Assembly (NCBI GenBank): GCA_965217895.1
Contig: CBDCJV010000002.1
Coordinates: 3,712,001 to 3,776,000, forward strand
Direction of reading: 5' to 3'
Origin: Waterburya sp.
GTDB taxonomy: Bacteria > Cyanobacteriota > Cyanobacteriia > Cyanobacteriales > Xenococcaceae
DNA length: 64,000 nt
Under the pieces are notes generated by a model. It did not search any database. It was not told the origin of the DNA and worked only from the letters and a program-made list of their open reading frames with translations. The position numbers and the translations under genes were made by a program. Below are positions 1 through 10,721 of this stretch, one piece after another. Within the stretch, counting starts at the first letter, position 1; every line of letters begins with the position of its first letter.

Positions 1-123
1 TGCTTGATTAATAACACTAATATAATGGCGACCTCACCTTTTGTTATAGATCATAAATAATAGATCGAATTTATAACAAAGTAGTGTAGATCGCCAGTAA
101 TTCAGGTAAATAGGTCGTCAGTT

Positions 124-1107
124 TTAACTCGCAATATACTCTCGAACGTAGCTTCGACGACGTTTAAGCTGTGCTAAAGCCTGATGCTCTAGTTGACGTA
201 CTCTTTCCCGACTAAGACTCATTCTCTGACCAATTTTAGCTAGGGATAGTTCTTTACCATCTTCTAAACCAAAACGTAAGGTAATGACTTCTTGCTGTTG
301 AGGGGACAAATCCGCCATTAGATTATATAGATCTTGGCGTAAAAGCTGCTGAGTCGCATAGTTATCTGGCGAAGCTCCTTCATCTTCTAGCAACTCTGAT
401 AACTCAGTGTCCTGGTTGTCACCCACACGCACATCCAGAGAAATTGGTTGACGGGCAATACTCAAATACTCGCGAATTTGAGCGGGTTTGAGATCTAGCT
501 CTTTAGCAATTTCTTGGGGTTCGGCACTACGTCCTAATTTTTGAGATAGCTCTCGTTGAGTTTTCTTGATTTTATTAAGTTTTTCGGTTATGTGAATCGG
601 CAAACGAATGGTACGGGCTTGTTGAGCGATCGCTCTGGTGATTGCCTGGCGAATCCACCAGTAGGCATAGGTAGAAAATTTGTATCCTTTGGTAGGATCA
701 AATTTTTCTACTCCTCTTTCTAAGCCAAGACTACCTTCCTGAATCAGATCGAGAAATTCCATATTCCGCTTTTGGTATTTTTTAGCGATCGCTACTACCA
801 AACGCAGGTTAGCCTCAATCATTTTACGCTTTGCTCTTTGACCTTCAGTGATAACCCTGTTAAGTTCAATTTCACTCATTTGGGCTGATTTTGCCCACTC
901 CTTCAGGCTGAGTGTAGTGTCTAACTGTTGCTCTAACTCTTCTTTCTCGGTTAACAGGATCATCATTTTCTGTACTTGCTTACCGTAAACAATTTCTTGT
1001 TCATGGGTCAACAAGCGTACCCGTCCAATTTCATGGAGATAAGTTCTGACCATATCCGCTGAATAGTTACTTCTGGGGTTGGTTTTAGCGATTTTAGCTT
1101 TGGGCAT
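124..1107 (-). CDS. sigB: Group 2 RNA polymerase sigma-70 factor, SigB type
   Basis: Regions 1.2-4 present ([56 protein letters not shown]); no region 1.1; closely resembles cyanobacterial SigB. Confidence 0.85.
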   Translation of the reverse strand: MPKAKIAKTNPRSNYSADMVRTYLHEIGRVRLLTHEQEIVYGKQVQKMMILLTEKEELEQQLDTTLSLKEWAKSAQMSEIELNRVITEGQRAKRKMIEANLRLVVAIAKKYQKRNMEFLDLIQEGSLGLERGVEKFDPTKGYKFSTYAYWWIRQAITRAIAQQARTIRLPIHITEKLNKIKKTQRELSQKLGRSAEPQEIAKELDLKPAQIREYLSIARQPISLDVRVGDNQDTELSELLEDEGASPDNYATQQLLRQDLYNLMADLSPQQQEVITLRFGLEDGKELSLAKIGQRMSLSRERVRQLEHQALAQLKRRRSYVREYIAS

Positions 1108-1379
1108 CTGTACAGTTATGACTCCTTATAAACTGATTAAAAGTCAGCAATACTTCTTCTTTTTGCGAACTGTCCGACTGAATGTTTAGACGTGGGATTA
1201 GTTACAAAGGTTCAACTAATTTTTTAATAGCTTTAAGCTCTAGGCTGTAAGCTATAAGCATTAGTAATAAAAAATTATTAATCTCCTCCCTACTTATATA
1301 TGATCGACCTAAACGGTTTATGCAATAACAATCTTGATGTATGGATTGCCGAACTATTTAGGATGTAATTTACAACAAC

Positions 1380-1460
1380 AGTTAGACGAGCGACCCCGCG
1401 TCGGCGTAAGACGCAAGGGAATGCGCGAGGAAAGCAGTTAGGACAGTTAGGACAGTTAGG
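1380..1460. repeat. Tandem (GA)CAGTTAG units interrupted by a GC-rich small dispersed repeat
   Basis: cagttag at 1380, then cagttag-gacagttag-gacagttag from about 1435; insert 1396-1417 matches the reverse complement of 50277-50298 at 19/22. Confidence 0.65.
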
Positions 1461-1477
1461 AATGATCGTTCTAATAT

Positions 1478-2545
1478 TTACTGATTAAACAAATTAAGCA
1501 TGGTCATGGCAAACCATAAAGTTAAGCTGATCCCCAGCCAAGTTAGAAAACAGTAGCGAGTTAACGTTAAAGCCCGATCAATTTTACTAACAGAAATTGC
1601 TTCTACAGGATTTCCCAGCAAAGGTTTATTTTTAACTACCCCTTGATAAGTATTTTGACCCCCTAGCTGCACTTTTAAAGTTGCTGCATAAACTGCTTCA
1701 CTCCAGCCTGAGTTGGGGCTAGGATCTTTGATTCCATCTCGGCGACAAATTTCTATTACTTTTAAAGGCTCACCAGAAAACAAGCTCAAAGTCAATACAG
1801 TTAAGCGACAGGGAAGCCAGGTTAAGCGATCTTCTAATTGCGCGCTAAACCAGCCTAGATCGCTATAGGGTTCTCGGCGATAGCCCACCATTGAATCTAG
1901 AGTGCTTGCAGCCTTGTAAGCCAATGCCAACGGTACTGAACCTACACCTGGAATAAAGACTCCTAAAATGGCATAAAAAAGAGGGGCTGTGACTCCATCT
2001 ACCGTATTTTCAGCTATAGTCTCCAGCAATGCCCGCAGTATTTCCGACTCTGATAAATTATCTGTGTCCCGCCCTACATATAGGCTGAGGCGAGAACGAG
2101 CTATGGTTAAATTTTGAGTGTTGAGCGATCGCAAAACATCTTCAACTGCAACTCTCAGACTCTTGCCCGCCAAGCAACTAGCTAGTAATACTATTGCCAC
2201 GGCAGATCCTAATAAAGGATGGATGATACTAAATCCCCAAATAGTTAACCAGCCTACTAAGCCACTGCCAATAATTAGAATTAGTCCTAAAAACACCCCT
2301 GCAAGACGACGTTGCCATCCAGGTTGAAAAAGTTTGACAACTAAGTCTACATAGTTTTTAATTAGCCAGCCCATAACCTGCACTGGATGAAGCCATCCCC
2401 AAGGATCTCCGATTAAGTAATCTTCAATAGCTGCTAGGAGTAAAATTAAGGGTGAAAATTGAACTGAAAAAATAGCAGAAAAGGCAATTTCTAATTGATT
2501 AAGATCTAATTTGTTCAACGTTATCTTCCCAATTTTGCCCATCAA
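1478..2545 (-). CDS. cobD: Adenosylcobinamide-phosphate synthase CbiB/CobD
   Basis: GDP..WLHPV, VGRDT, AENTVDGVTAPLFY, TLDSMVGY, SPNSGW motifs; true start probably downstream of 2545 because this ORF overlaps the upstream gene. Confidence 0.93.
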   Translation of the reverse strand: MMGKIGKITLNKLDLNQLEIAFSAIFSVQFSPLILLLAAIEDYLIGDPWGWLHPVQVMGWLIKNYVDLVVKLFQPGWQRRLAGVFLGLILIIGSGLVGWLTIWGFSIIHPLLGSAVAIVLLASCLAGKSLRVAVEDVLRSLNTQNLTIARSRLSLYVGRDTDNLSESEILRALLETIAENTVDGVTAPLFYAILGVFIPGVGSVPLALAYKAASTLDSMVGYRREPYSDLGWFSAQLEDRLTWLPCRLTVLTLSLFSGEPLKVIEICRRDGIKDPSPNSGWSEAVYAATLKVQLGGQNTYQGVVKNKPLLGNPVEAISVSKIDRALTLTRYCFLTWLGISLTLWFAMTMLNLFNQ

Positions 2546-2891
2546 AAGATCTTATTGTAAATTGTTTCAATAGATCTCCATCTAGACAACGAACGTTAAC
2601 ATCTACCATATCTGGATGAGAGCGAGGACGATAAAAAGAATGGATGCCACAAATTGAACAAAAAGTATGCTGGGCGACTTTTGTGTTAAATGTATAGTCA
2701 GTTAAAAACTCTTTTCCCTCTAATAAGGTAAAGTTTTCTGGGGGAACAATCAAATGCAGGAAACCTTTTTTACGGCAGATAGAACAGTTACAATCGTCTA
2801 CAATAAAGCGATCGACTAATACTTGAAAGCGAACTGTTCCACAATGACAACCGCCTTCACAAATTAAAGAATTTTGAGCTTTATTCATCAA
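2499..2891 (-). CDS. GFA / CENP-V family zinc-binding protein
   Basis: GGCHCG..RF, CNCSICRK, FCSICG, VNVRCL motifs. Confidence 0.9.
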   Translation of the reverse strand: MMNKAQNSLICEGGCHCGTVRFQVLVDRFIVDDCNCSICRKKGFLHLIVPPENFTLLEGKEFLTDYTFNTKVAQHTFCSICGIHSFYRPRSHPDMVDVNVRCLDGDLLKQFTIRSFDGQNWEDNVEQIRS

Positions 2892-2903
2892 AATATTTAA
2901 TAG

Positions 2904-3347
2904 CTAAACAACAAAATTATTCTCTTCCCCTTGAGATGCCTGCCAACTCCTAGCATCATAATATAAATCGGCTAAAGTTATGCTGTGCAGAGCTTCTTTT
3001 AGCTTTTGGTGCAACCTTTTCCAAAGGCTAAATGTTACCCAATCTTCAGCTAAATTATGATCGGGAGAATAATTTGGTAAAGGTTCAATAGTTTCGCCTA
3101 CAGCCTCTAAAATTTTGCCTAAAGAAATTTGCTCTGGCTTATAAGCCAATTGATAACCTCCTTTTGCTCCTCTAACGGATTTAACAATACCAGCGCGACG
3201 CATTTCAATCAATAACTTCTCTAAATAAGGTGCAGGTAAATCTTGTCGTTGAGCGATCATCTTTACTGATGCTGGTCGATATTCTGGCTGTAAACTAAGG
3301 TCTAATAATGCTTTGACACTATAATGACCACGAGTTGTTAATTTCAT
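2904..3347 (-). CDS. Rrf2 family transcriptional regulator (Cys-less, Slr0846-like)
   Basis: MKLTTRGHY, YLEKLL..MRRAG.V.S.RG.KGGY; no Fe-S cysteines. Confidence 0.9.
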   Translation of the reverse strand: MKLTTRGHYSVKALLDLSLQPEYRPASVKMIAQRQDLPAPYLEKLLIEMRRAGIVKSVRGAKGGYQLAYKPEQISLGKILEAVGETIEPLPNYSPDHNLAEDWVTFSLWKRLHQKLKEALHSITLADLYYDARSWQASQGEENNFVV

Positions 3348-3597
3348 TATTGTTTTTTAAATCCTTGGTAAAACTTATTTAAATAATTTGATATTTTTTA
3401 AAAAGTTAGCAATATTAATTTCTGGTAGTGCCAACTATATTAATAAAACCAAAATTTAAATTTTTATTTATTTAATTATGCTCAATAAGTGTAATATAGT
3501 TTTATATGAAGATATCAAAGTAAAATATATAAACTTTGTATAACTTTAGCGAAAAGCAAAATTGTAAACCAAGTAAATTTTTAGTTGTTTCAAGTTA

Positions 3598-3984
3598 ATG
3601 GCAAAAGCAACCCAACCACAACCTTTAGTAGGTGCAACATTAATCGATAAAGTAAAAGAGCTAGGTAATCTCTCTAAAGAGGAAAAAGCTAGAGAATGTG
3701 GCTATTATACAGTCACTAAAAACAACGTAGAACGAGTCAATATGATGAAGTTCCTGAATGCACTAATTGATGCAGAAGGAATCGAGTTAGACAGTACTTC
3801 CAACGGTCAAGGTAGAGGTGGCCGTTCTGCTAGCTATCGTATTAGCGTTCAATCGAATGGCAATCTATTGATTGGCTCTGCCTACACTAAGAAAATGGGA
3901 TTAAAACAAGGTGATGAGTTTGAAATAACTCTGGGAAGAAAACATATCCACCTAAGACAAATTGGGGTTGATGACGAGGAGTAA
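3598..3984 (+). CDS. Cyanobacterial AbrB-like regulator, cyAbrB2 (Sll0822) clade
   Basis: RVNMMKFLNALIDAEG, GRGGRSASYRISVQSNGNLLIGSAYT. Confidence 0.88.
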   Translation: MAKATQPQPLVGATLIDKVKELGNLSKEEKARECGYYTVTKNNVERVNMMKFLNALIDAEGIELDSTSNGQGRGGRSASYRISVQSNGNLLIGSAYTKKMGLKQGDEFEITLGRKHIHLRQIGVDDEE

Positions 3985-4247
3985 TATTAAGTATAGTCTC
4001 AATAGAGTAATTTGAATTAGGCAAAATTTCAAGAGTTTTTTAAACTATCAACAAGCTTATTTGAGGAGTTCGGTTGAACCAAAAATTATCGACCGTTCAT
4101 CCTCATGTTTTATTTCTAATAGTTTTTTTACACTCAATACTACTATACAAATGTTGAATATCAATGTGCATCAAATACAAAACGCTTGATTGCTTAAGCA
4201 GGAAATAAACTATTGCTCTTATTAATCAAATTGAAAATGCAATTTAA

Positions 4248-5879
4248 TTAAAAGTTTTTGATAGCGAGTACCCACTTTAAAGATTTAAATTTGGAGCTTT
4301 TAATGACGATCTGTTGAGAAAGATCTAGTTTTTCTAGAGTGATGGGATCTGTCAGTAAGTAAACAGGATAATTTTGTTGCCAGGTTTGTTTTAGCTGAGT
4401 GAGAGATTGAGGCACGATCTGGCGATCGCTATAAAAGTTTAAGCTAGGTCTTTCTTGAGGCATAGAAGTATAAATTATCGTCTCAGCAGGAGTATGCTCA
4501 CGGATAAGAGTAGCGATGGGTTCAACAGGCTCAGTCGTGTTTATTTCCCAAATCCAATGAGGGGAAATAATCAACAGAAACATCGAGATAAACAGTCCCC
4601 AAAATAGTAGAGGGACAAACTGTTTTTCTCTTTGAGCGATCGCAATCGCCGTGACCGTAAAAGTAATAGCTAATGAACCACAAATAAAGGGTAGGTAAAA
4701 ATCTACATAGTTTCTTATCCCCCAATGTAGTCCTGCAAAAGCAGCCACACCAGCCATCAGCACAAAGCTGTAGATCCAGATACGGGGATAGGCTATGTAG
4801 GTAGGTACATTGCGAACCATATCTAGCTGTCTTCCTGCTGCTAATGCCAAAGCAGGATATAGAGGCAACACTGACCAGTAACCTTGGTTAAAGATTGCGA
4901 TCGCCAGACTTAAAATAGTATAGATGCCGAGCCAAGTAATCAGTAGCTTACCCCATCCCCATTGAAGATTAAGACTAATCAATTTTAGACCCATCGCCAT
5001 TATTACTAACCAAGGCAATAAATATTGCAGACCAGATAATAAATAGTATTCAGGAAATAGCTGCACCTGAATTTCAGCAGCAGAAATATCTCCTAGAAAT
5101 AGCTGGGAAAAATCCCAGGTAGTTTCAAATTCGTGATAGCGAAACCATTGAGCAACATACCAAGCTACAGCGGGTGCAGTTCCTAAAATTATCCCCACCC
5201 AGTAATAGATAGAAGTAAGTAAGCGGGGCGTATCCCAAAGCAAAAAAATGATCGCAATTACTAATATCTGTAAGCTCAAAATTCCTTTAGTTAGAGCCAT
5301 TAGTCCCAAACCAATGCCAGCCAGTAAAGACCATCTAAAATCTCGACGCGATCGCAATATAGCCCAGATAGTCAACAATTCAAAACACAGCAACGGTCCA
5401 TCTAGCATTGCCAATCTGCTCAAACGTAATACAGGCAAGCAGGTCAAATATACCAAAGCCGAAAACAGAGCAGGCAGACGAGACACAAAAATTTCCCGCC
5501 CGATATTGTAGAGTAAAAGAACCGACACTGCTCCTAATAATGCTCCTGGCAAGCGGGTTGTAAACTCACTAACTCCAGCAACTTTATAGGCGATCGCAAT
5601 TAAGTCATGAACCAAGGTTGGCTGCTCTAAATATGGCTCACCCCAGAGAGTCGAAAAAATCCAGTTGTCTCCTAACCAGGATCCTTGATAGATTTCTTTT
5701 GCTACTTGTGCTACAACCCCTTCCTTAAAGTCTATTAAAGGCAGATTTCCTAAATTAACCAAAAATAAAACTAATGCTGCCAAAAATAAGCTAATAAAAC
5801 AAAAGCACTCTAGCCAAATTTCACCTTGGCGCAGTTTGTTAGAAGAGCGTTTCCAAATGGATGTAGGATGGGAGGACAT
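4248..5879 (-). CDS. GT39/ArnT-like glycosyltransferase (PMT family)
   Basis: Multiple TM helices; D..EG..AQVAKE, GEPYLEQP, RLPGALLG, LTKG motifs. Confidence 0.85.
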   Translation of the reverse strand: MSSHPTSIWKRSSNKLRQGEIWLECFCFISLFLAALVLFLVNLGNLPLIDFKEGVVAQVAKEIYQGSWLGDNWIFSTLWGEPYLEQPTLVHDLIAIAYKVAGVSEFTTRLPGALLGAVSVLLLYNIGREIFVSRLPALFSALVYLTCLPVLRLSRLAMLDGPLLCFELLTIWAILRSRRDFRWSLLAGIGLGLMALTKGILSLQILVIAIIFLLWDTPRLLTSIYYWVGIILGTAPAVAWYVAQWFRYHEFETTWDFSQLFLGDISAAEIQVQLFPEYYLLSGLQYLLPWLVIMAMGLKLISLNLQWGWGKLLITWLGIYTILSLAIAIFNQGYWSVLPLYPALALAAGRQLDMVRNVPTYIAYPRIWIYSFVLMAGVAAFAGLHWGIRNYVDFYLPFICGSLAITFTVTAIAIAQREKQFVPLLFWGLFISMFLLIISPHWIWEINTTEPVEPIATLIREHTPAETIIYTSMPQERPSLNFYSDRQIVPQSLTQLKQTWQQNYPVYLLTDPITLEKLDLSQQIVIKSSKFKSLKWVLAIKNF

Positions 5880-6220
5880 AGCTGAAAAATTACAAAAAAT
5901 AAATTAATTGGATTTTTTATTAAGCTGACAAATATATGAATATTTAAATTTAATTTGACTTAATCACATCGATTCTTAAATTTAACTTTTTGACCAGAAA
6001 GATATTCGCTTTCACTAGTTTATCTCTTAATGCTATTACCGAGGCAGCTTTTATTGAAGTACTAAACAATTTAATTTTTTAACCGAGATGTTAAAATATA
6101 ACCCAAGAAAACAGCTACGGCTAAGTTCAACTCATACGTTTGTTTTACCTCAGTTTTCAAGGCATTCGTTATAATTAACGGACTCATAAAAATAAGTTAA
6201 GCATGACTCAAATTATTCAG

Positions 6221-6243
6221 TTGAAGCAAATAATTTGCTTCAA
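6221..6243. promoter_or_regulatory. 23-bp palindrome (11-bp arms) upstream of the antiporter
   Basis: ttgaagcaaat-a-atttgcttcaa; TATAAT at 6170-6175 upstream. Confidence 0.4.
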
Positions 6244-6290
6244 TTATTGAACTGCCAATCTGCCAAAAAAGCCAATTTTTTACTTAGCTT

Positions 6291-8213
6291 ATGGAAGGAT
6301 CTTTTGAAATTACTCTACAAATAGTTATTACTGTTCTTGCAGGAATCAGCGCACAAGTAGTAGCCGAATATTTTCAAGTTCCTAGTATAGTTTTTCTATT
6401 GATTTTCGGCATCCTCTTAGGTTCAGACTCTTTGAACATACTCCATCCTCACGATCTTGGTATTGGCTTGGAAGTTTTAGTTACCCTTTCTGTGGCTATT
6501 ATTTTGTTTGAAGGCGGACTTAACCTAGAATTACGCGACTTGGGCAAAGTTTCAGGTAGCCTGCGTAACCTGGTAACAATTGGCACTTTGATAACCTTAG
6601 TAGGTGGTGGTATGGCGGCACACTGGTTAGCGGAGTTTCCTTGGTCAATTGCTTTTCTTTACGCTTCTTTAGTCGTGGTAACTGGACCGACAGTGATTAG
6701 CCCTTTACTTAAGCAGGTAAAAGTCGATCGTCAGGTGGCAACTCTTTTAGAAGGAGAAGGAGTTTTAATCGATCCTGTCGGTGCGATTTTAGCAGTAGTA
6801 GTTTTAAACACCATCCTTAATACTAATGCTGCCCCTCTAGACATTATGAGTGATTTAGTCTTGCGATTAGGCATTGGAGCGGTTGTAGGTGGATTAGGAG
6901 GCTGGTTGCTGGGGCTATTTCTCAAAAAAGCCAACAGTCTTTCCGAAGAACTAAAAAACCTGGTTGTCCTAGCTGCGGTCTGGGGATTATTTGTGCTGTC
7001 TCAAAGCTTAGGCAGTGAATCAGGATTAATGGCAACTGTTATAGCTGGCATTGTGCTTAAAGCCTCTGCCATTCCTGAAGAAAGACTTTTAAAAAGATTT
7101 AAAGGTCAGTTAACGGTGCTTTGTGTTTCAGTACTATTTATTCTCTTAGCCGCCGATCTTTCTATTGACAGCGTTTTTGCCTTGGGCTGGGGAAGTGTCT
7201 TATCGGTTTTTGTCCTGATGTTAGTTGTTAGACCAATTAGCGTTGCTGTCTGTACTTGGAATAGCACAATGAACTGGCGACAAAAATTATTCCTAGCTTG
7301 GATTGCCCCAAAAGGAATCGTATCAGCTTCTGTAGCTTCTTTGTTTGCTATTTTGTTGACGGAGAGAGGAATTAATGGTGGTGATGCTATTAAAGCTCTA
7401 GTTTTTTTAACCATTCTCATGACCGTATTTTTGCAAGGCTTAACTGCACGATGGGTAGCTGGTTGGTTAAAGATTTCCTCTAGCAATGCTAAGGGAGCAG
7501 TTATTATTGGTTGCAACCCTTTAGGTCGTTTTATGGGACGACTATTTCAACAGCTAGGTGAATCCGTAGTGATGATTGATACCGATCCCGAAGCCTGTAA
7601 AAAAGCTGAAGCGGAGAATTTGCCAGTATTTCAAAGTAGTGCCTTAGATCCCGAAGTTTTAGCCGAAGCAGGAATTGACTCTATGGGGACATTTCTCGCT
7701 TTAACTAATAATGGTGAAGTTAATTTAGTGTTGGCTCAAAGAGCAGTTGAAGAATTTCAGCCACCTAGAGTATTAGCTGCATTTCCCCAAAATGACTCTA
7801 CCGAAACCAGCAGTAAAAAAGTTAACCAAGCTCTAATTCCCCAGCTACAAATCAAAACCTGGAACAGCTATATTGATGATGAACAAATCAAATTAGGCTG
7901 GACGATTTTAAAAGAGCCTGAATTTTCTCTCAAGGTAGCTCATCTACAGGCATTGATTCGTGCAGGAGAAATGTTGCCTCTATTGGTAAAAAGAAGTGGT
8001 AGTTTGCAGGTGGCAGTGGCAGCCGAAGAATGGCAGGTCGAAGACGAGATCTATTATCTAATACACGATCCCCGACCAAAATTATTAAAGCGTCTGTCGG
8101 GTGGAAATCAATCTTCTCGCCTGTTGTTAGAAAAACTGCCTGAAGTAGAGGAGATTCCTTTAGCTGCCCCCATATCTCAAGCGTCTCCCAAAGTAATTGA
8201 AGAAACAATTTAA
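6291..8213 (+). CDS. CPA1 cation:proton antiporter (NhaP type) with TrkA-N/RCK domain
   Basis: ILFEGG, TGPTVI, EGEGVLIDP, IAPKGIVSAS; C-terminal AVIIGC...VMIDTD Rossmann-like domain. Confidence 0.9.
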   Translation: MEGSFEITLQIVITVLAGISAQVVAEYFQVPSIVFLLIFGILLGSDSLNILHPHDLGIGLEVLVTLSVAIILFEGGLNLELRDLGKVSGSLRNLVTIGTLITLVGGGMAAHWLAEFPWSIAFLYASLVVVTGPTVISPLLKQVKVDRQVATLLEGEGVLIDPVGAILAVVVLNTILNTNAAPLDIMSDLVLRLGIGAVVGGLGGWLLGLFLKKANSLSEELKNLVVLAAVWGLFVLSQSLGSESGLMATVIAGIVLKASAIPEERLLKRFKGQLTVLCVSVLFILLAADLSIDSVFALGWGSVLSVFVLMLVVRPISVAVCTWNSTMNWRQKLFLAWIAPKGIVSASVASLFAILLTERGINGGDAIKALVFLTILMTVFLQGLTARWVAGWLKISSSNAKGAVIIGCNPLGRFMGRLFQQLGESVVMIDTDPEACKKAEAENLPVFQSSALDPEVLAEAGIDSMGTFLALTNNGEVNLVLAQRAVEEFQPPRVLAAFPQNDSTETSSKKVNQALIPQLQIKTWNSYIDDEQIKLGWTILKEPEFSLKVAHLQALIRAGEMLPLLVKRSGSLQVAVAAEEWQVEDEIYYLIHDPRPKLLKRLSGGNQSSRLLLEKLPEVEEIPLAAPISQASPKVIEETI

Positions 8214-8371
8214 AATATGAGTTCAGGCAGAAAAATAAGTAACCTGGTAAGGTGGGCAATAATAAAATTCAAACACATAACAGATTTTGAAAATACTCTT
8301 GCCCACCCTACTATTATTGGTATTTTTTTTAATGATAATGACCTAAACCCAATAAACTCCTGCTGTCTAGA

Positions 8372-9520
8372 TCATGATTTAAGCACTTTTTCCAAAGCAT
8401 CTAAGAGTAGTAAAACGTTCTCAGGACGGCTATTGTAGCCCATTAAGCCAATACGCCAGACTTTTCCGCCTAATTCCCCCAAACCGCCTGCAATTTCAAT
8501 ATTATACTCAGTTAGCAGACGTTTGGCGATCGCTTTTCCATCTACGCCATCTGGAATTTTGACGGTGGTTAGGGTAGGCAAACGAAACTCTGGTTCTACA
8601 TGACAGCTTAAGCCTATTTCCCCTAAACCATTCCAGAGCATTTCGGCATTTTGTTGATGGCGTTTCCAGCGTTGCTCTAGTCCTTCTTCGGCTACTAAGC
8701 GTAAAGACTCCCGCAAACCATAGTTAGTATTAATAGGTGCAGTATGATGATACACTCGCTGTTCGCCCCAATATTTAGCCAATAGTGACATATCTAAATA
8801 CCAGTTAGGTACAGGTTTGGCACGATTATTTAGCTTGGCTACTGCACGTTGACTCATAGTAAAAGGAGAAGCACCAGGAGGACAGCCTAACCCTTTTTGG
8901 CTACAGCTATATGCCAGATCGATACCCCATTCATCGATGTATAAAGGAACTCCACCCAAGCTAGTTACCGTATCAACCAAAAGCAGACAATTGTGTTGGC
9001 GACACAGTTCGGCTACTCCTTCTAATGGTTGACGCGCTCCCGTTGAAGTTTCGGCATGAACTAAAGCCAAAACTGCGGGCTTGTGTGTTTGAAGATTAGT
9101 TTTAATCTCTTCTAAGCTAAATACTTGTCCCCAAGGCTTGGTCATGGTGCGGACATCTCCACCATAACGCCCCGCCATATCTACCAAACGAGCGCCAAAA
9201 TAGCCTTTGACCCCTACTAAAACTACATCTCCAGGTTCGACTACATTAGCTAAAGTCGCCTCCATTGCTGCTGTACCTGTACCAGCAACAGAGATTGTCA
9301 GTTCGTTTTCCGTTTGCCAAGCGTAGCGTAAAAGATCTCTAATCTCATCCATCAATGCCAAATAGGTTGGATCGAGATGTCCTACAGGACTAATGCCCAT
9401 AGCAGCAAGAACTCTGGGGTTAACGTTGGCAGGGCCAGGGCCTAATAGCAGGCGCGGAGGCATATCAAGCTGTTTAGTTTGCAGACGATAGCGATCGCTA
9501 ATTCCTGTAGTTGCAACCAT
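8372..9520 (-). CDS. Alanine-glyoxylate / serine-pyruvate aminotransferase (class V PLP)
   Basis: LLLGPGP, HAETSTG, DTVTSLGG, SCSQKGL, YHHTAP, WRIGLMG. Confidence 0.93.
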   Translation of the reverse strand: MVATTGISDRYRLQTKQLDMPPRLLLGPGPANVNPRVLAAMGISPVGHLDPTYLALMDEIRDLLRYAWQTENELTISVAGTGTAAMEATLANVVEPGDVVLVGVKGYFGARLVDMAGRYGGDVRTMTKPWGQVFSLEEIKTNLQTHKPAVLALVHAETSTGARQPLEGVAELCRQHNCLLLVDTVTSLGGVPLYIDEWGIDLAYSCSQKGLGCPPGASPFTMSQRAVAKLNNRAKPVPNWYLDMSLLAKYWGEQRVYHHTAPINTNYGLRESLRLVAEEGLEQRWKRHQQNAEMLWNGLGEIGLSCHVEPEFRLPTLTTVKIPDGVDGKAIAKRLLTEYNIEIAGGLGELGGKVWRIGLMGYNSRPENVLLLLDALEKVLKS

Positions 9521-9817
9521 ATTTTTAGTTTCTAAATTGTTTATTGCTTTATGCTTTTCTTTGCTTAGTTTACTTGATGAGATTGGGAGAAAACATTGTC
9601 AAACTGAAGCTAGAAATGAAACAAAACATCTAGCGGTGTTCGGTATACCCTCAAGAAACGGTAGTTGGATTTAATTGTGCTGTGTCAAGATAAAATATAT
9701 TGAATCATGAGACTATAAACATAATTGATATATGTATATGGAGAAACAAACAAATGTCAATAATTTGTTACCATTCCCTTTAGTCGATCATTTACAGCAT
9801 TTATAGAGCTAGAATTA

Positions 9818-10576
9818 ATGACCTGTGCCACAGTTAAATTAGATACTCTCAATTTATCTCAAGCCAATCAGAAATTAGAAGATGCGAAAGCATCGTCAGT
9901 GGTTGAATGGAGTTGCAAAACTTTTGGCGATGGCTTGGTAATGACTACCAGCTTTGGTATTCAGGCAGCGGTAATGTTACATCTTGTAACTGAAATAATT
10001 CCCAAGATTCCTGTAATTTGGATCGATACAGGCTATCTCCCTGCTGAAACTTATCAATTTGCCGAACAGCTAACTAAAAAACTCAATCTTAATCTTCACG
10101 TTTATCAGTCTCCTATTTCCCCAGCGCGAATGGAAGCTTTATATGGAAAACTATGGGAACAAAATGATGTAGAAGCCTTTAATCTCTACGATAAAATCCG
10201 TAAAGTCGAACCAATGCAGCGCGCCCTAGACGAGCTTAATGTCACTGCTTGGCTAGCGGGGCTACGTAAAGACCAAACGGAACATCGTCAAAATTTAACT
10301 AGGATAGAACAACAAGATAAGCTATATAAGATTTACCCTATTTTAAATTGGAATGCACGAGATATTTATCAGTATTTGACTGCTCACGATCTTCCTTATC
10401 ATCCTTTTTTCGATCTAGGCTATGTTTCTGTGGGTGATTGGCATTCTAGTCGCCCTTTAACCGCTGATGACACTAATGGTAGAGATACTCGTTTTAATGG
10501 TTTAAAACAAGAATGTGGCTTACATTTACCGCAAACTTCAGGGGAAGAAGAAAGTCTCAATTCTAGCAGCTTATAA
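9818..10576 (+). CDS. cysH: Phosphoadenylyl-sulfate (PAPS) reductase
   Basis: [29 protein letters not shown]; no CC..CxxC Fe-S motif. Confidence 0.95.
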   Translation: MTCATVKLDTLNLSQANQKLEDAKASSVVEWSCKTFGDGLVMTTSFGIQAAVMLHLVTEIIPKIPVIWIDTGYLPAETYQFAEQLTKKLNLNLHVYQSPISPARMEALYGKLWEQNDVEAFNLYDKIRKVEPMQRALDELNVTAWLAGLRKDQTEHRQNLTRIEQQDKLYKIYPILNWNARDIYQYLTAHDLPYHPFFDLGYVSVGDWHSSRPLTADDTNGRDTRFNGLKQECGLHLPQTSGEEESLNSSSL

Positions 10577-10641
10577 TATTGGGTTGGGATGAACAGTTAA
10601 ATGTTTTAATCTGGGGACTTAGGGAATTACTTTATCAAAGA

Positions 10642-10706
10642 GTTTGTAGTTCGTAGTCGGATATAAACTACCTATTACCTACCAATTACTAACTACTAAC
10701 TACTAA
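10642..10706. repeat. Short heptamer tandem repeats (STRR-like)
   Basis: gttcgtagtcggat shared with about 13917-13931; (ACTAACT)n at about 10687-10706. Confidence 0.55.
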
Positions 10707-10721
10707 TTTTTTTACAGAGAC

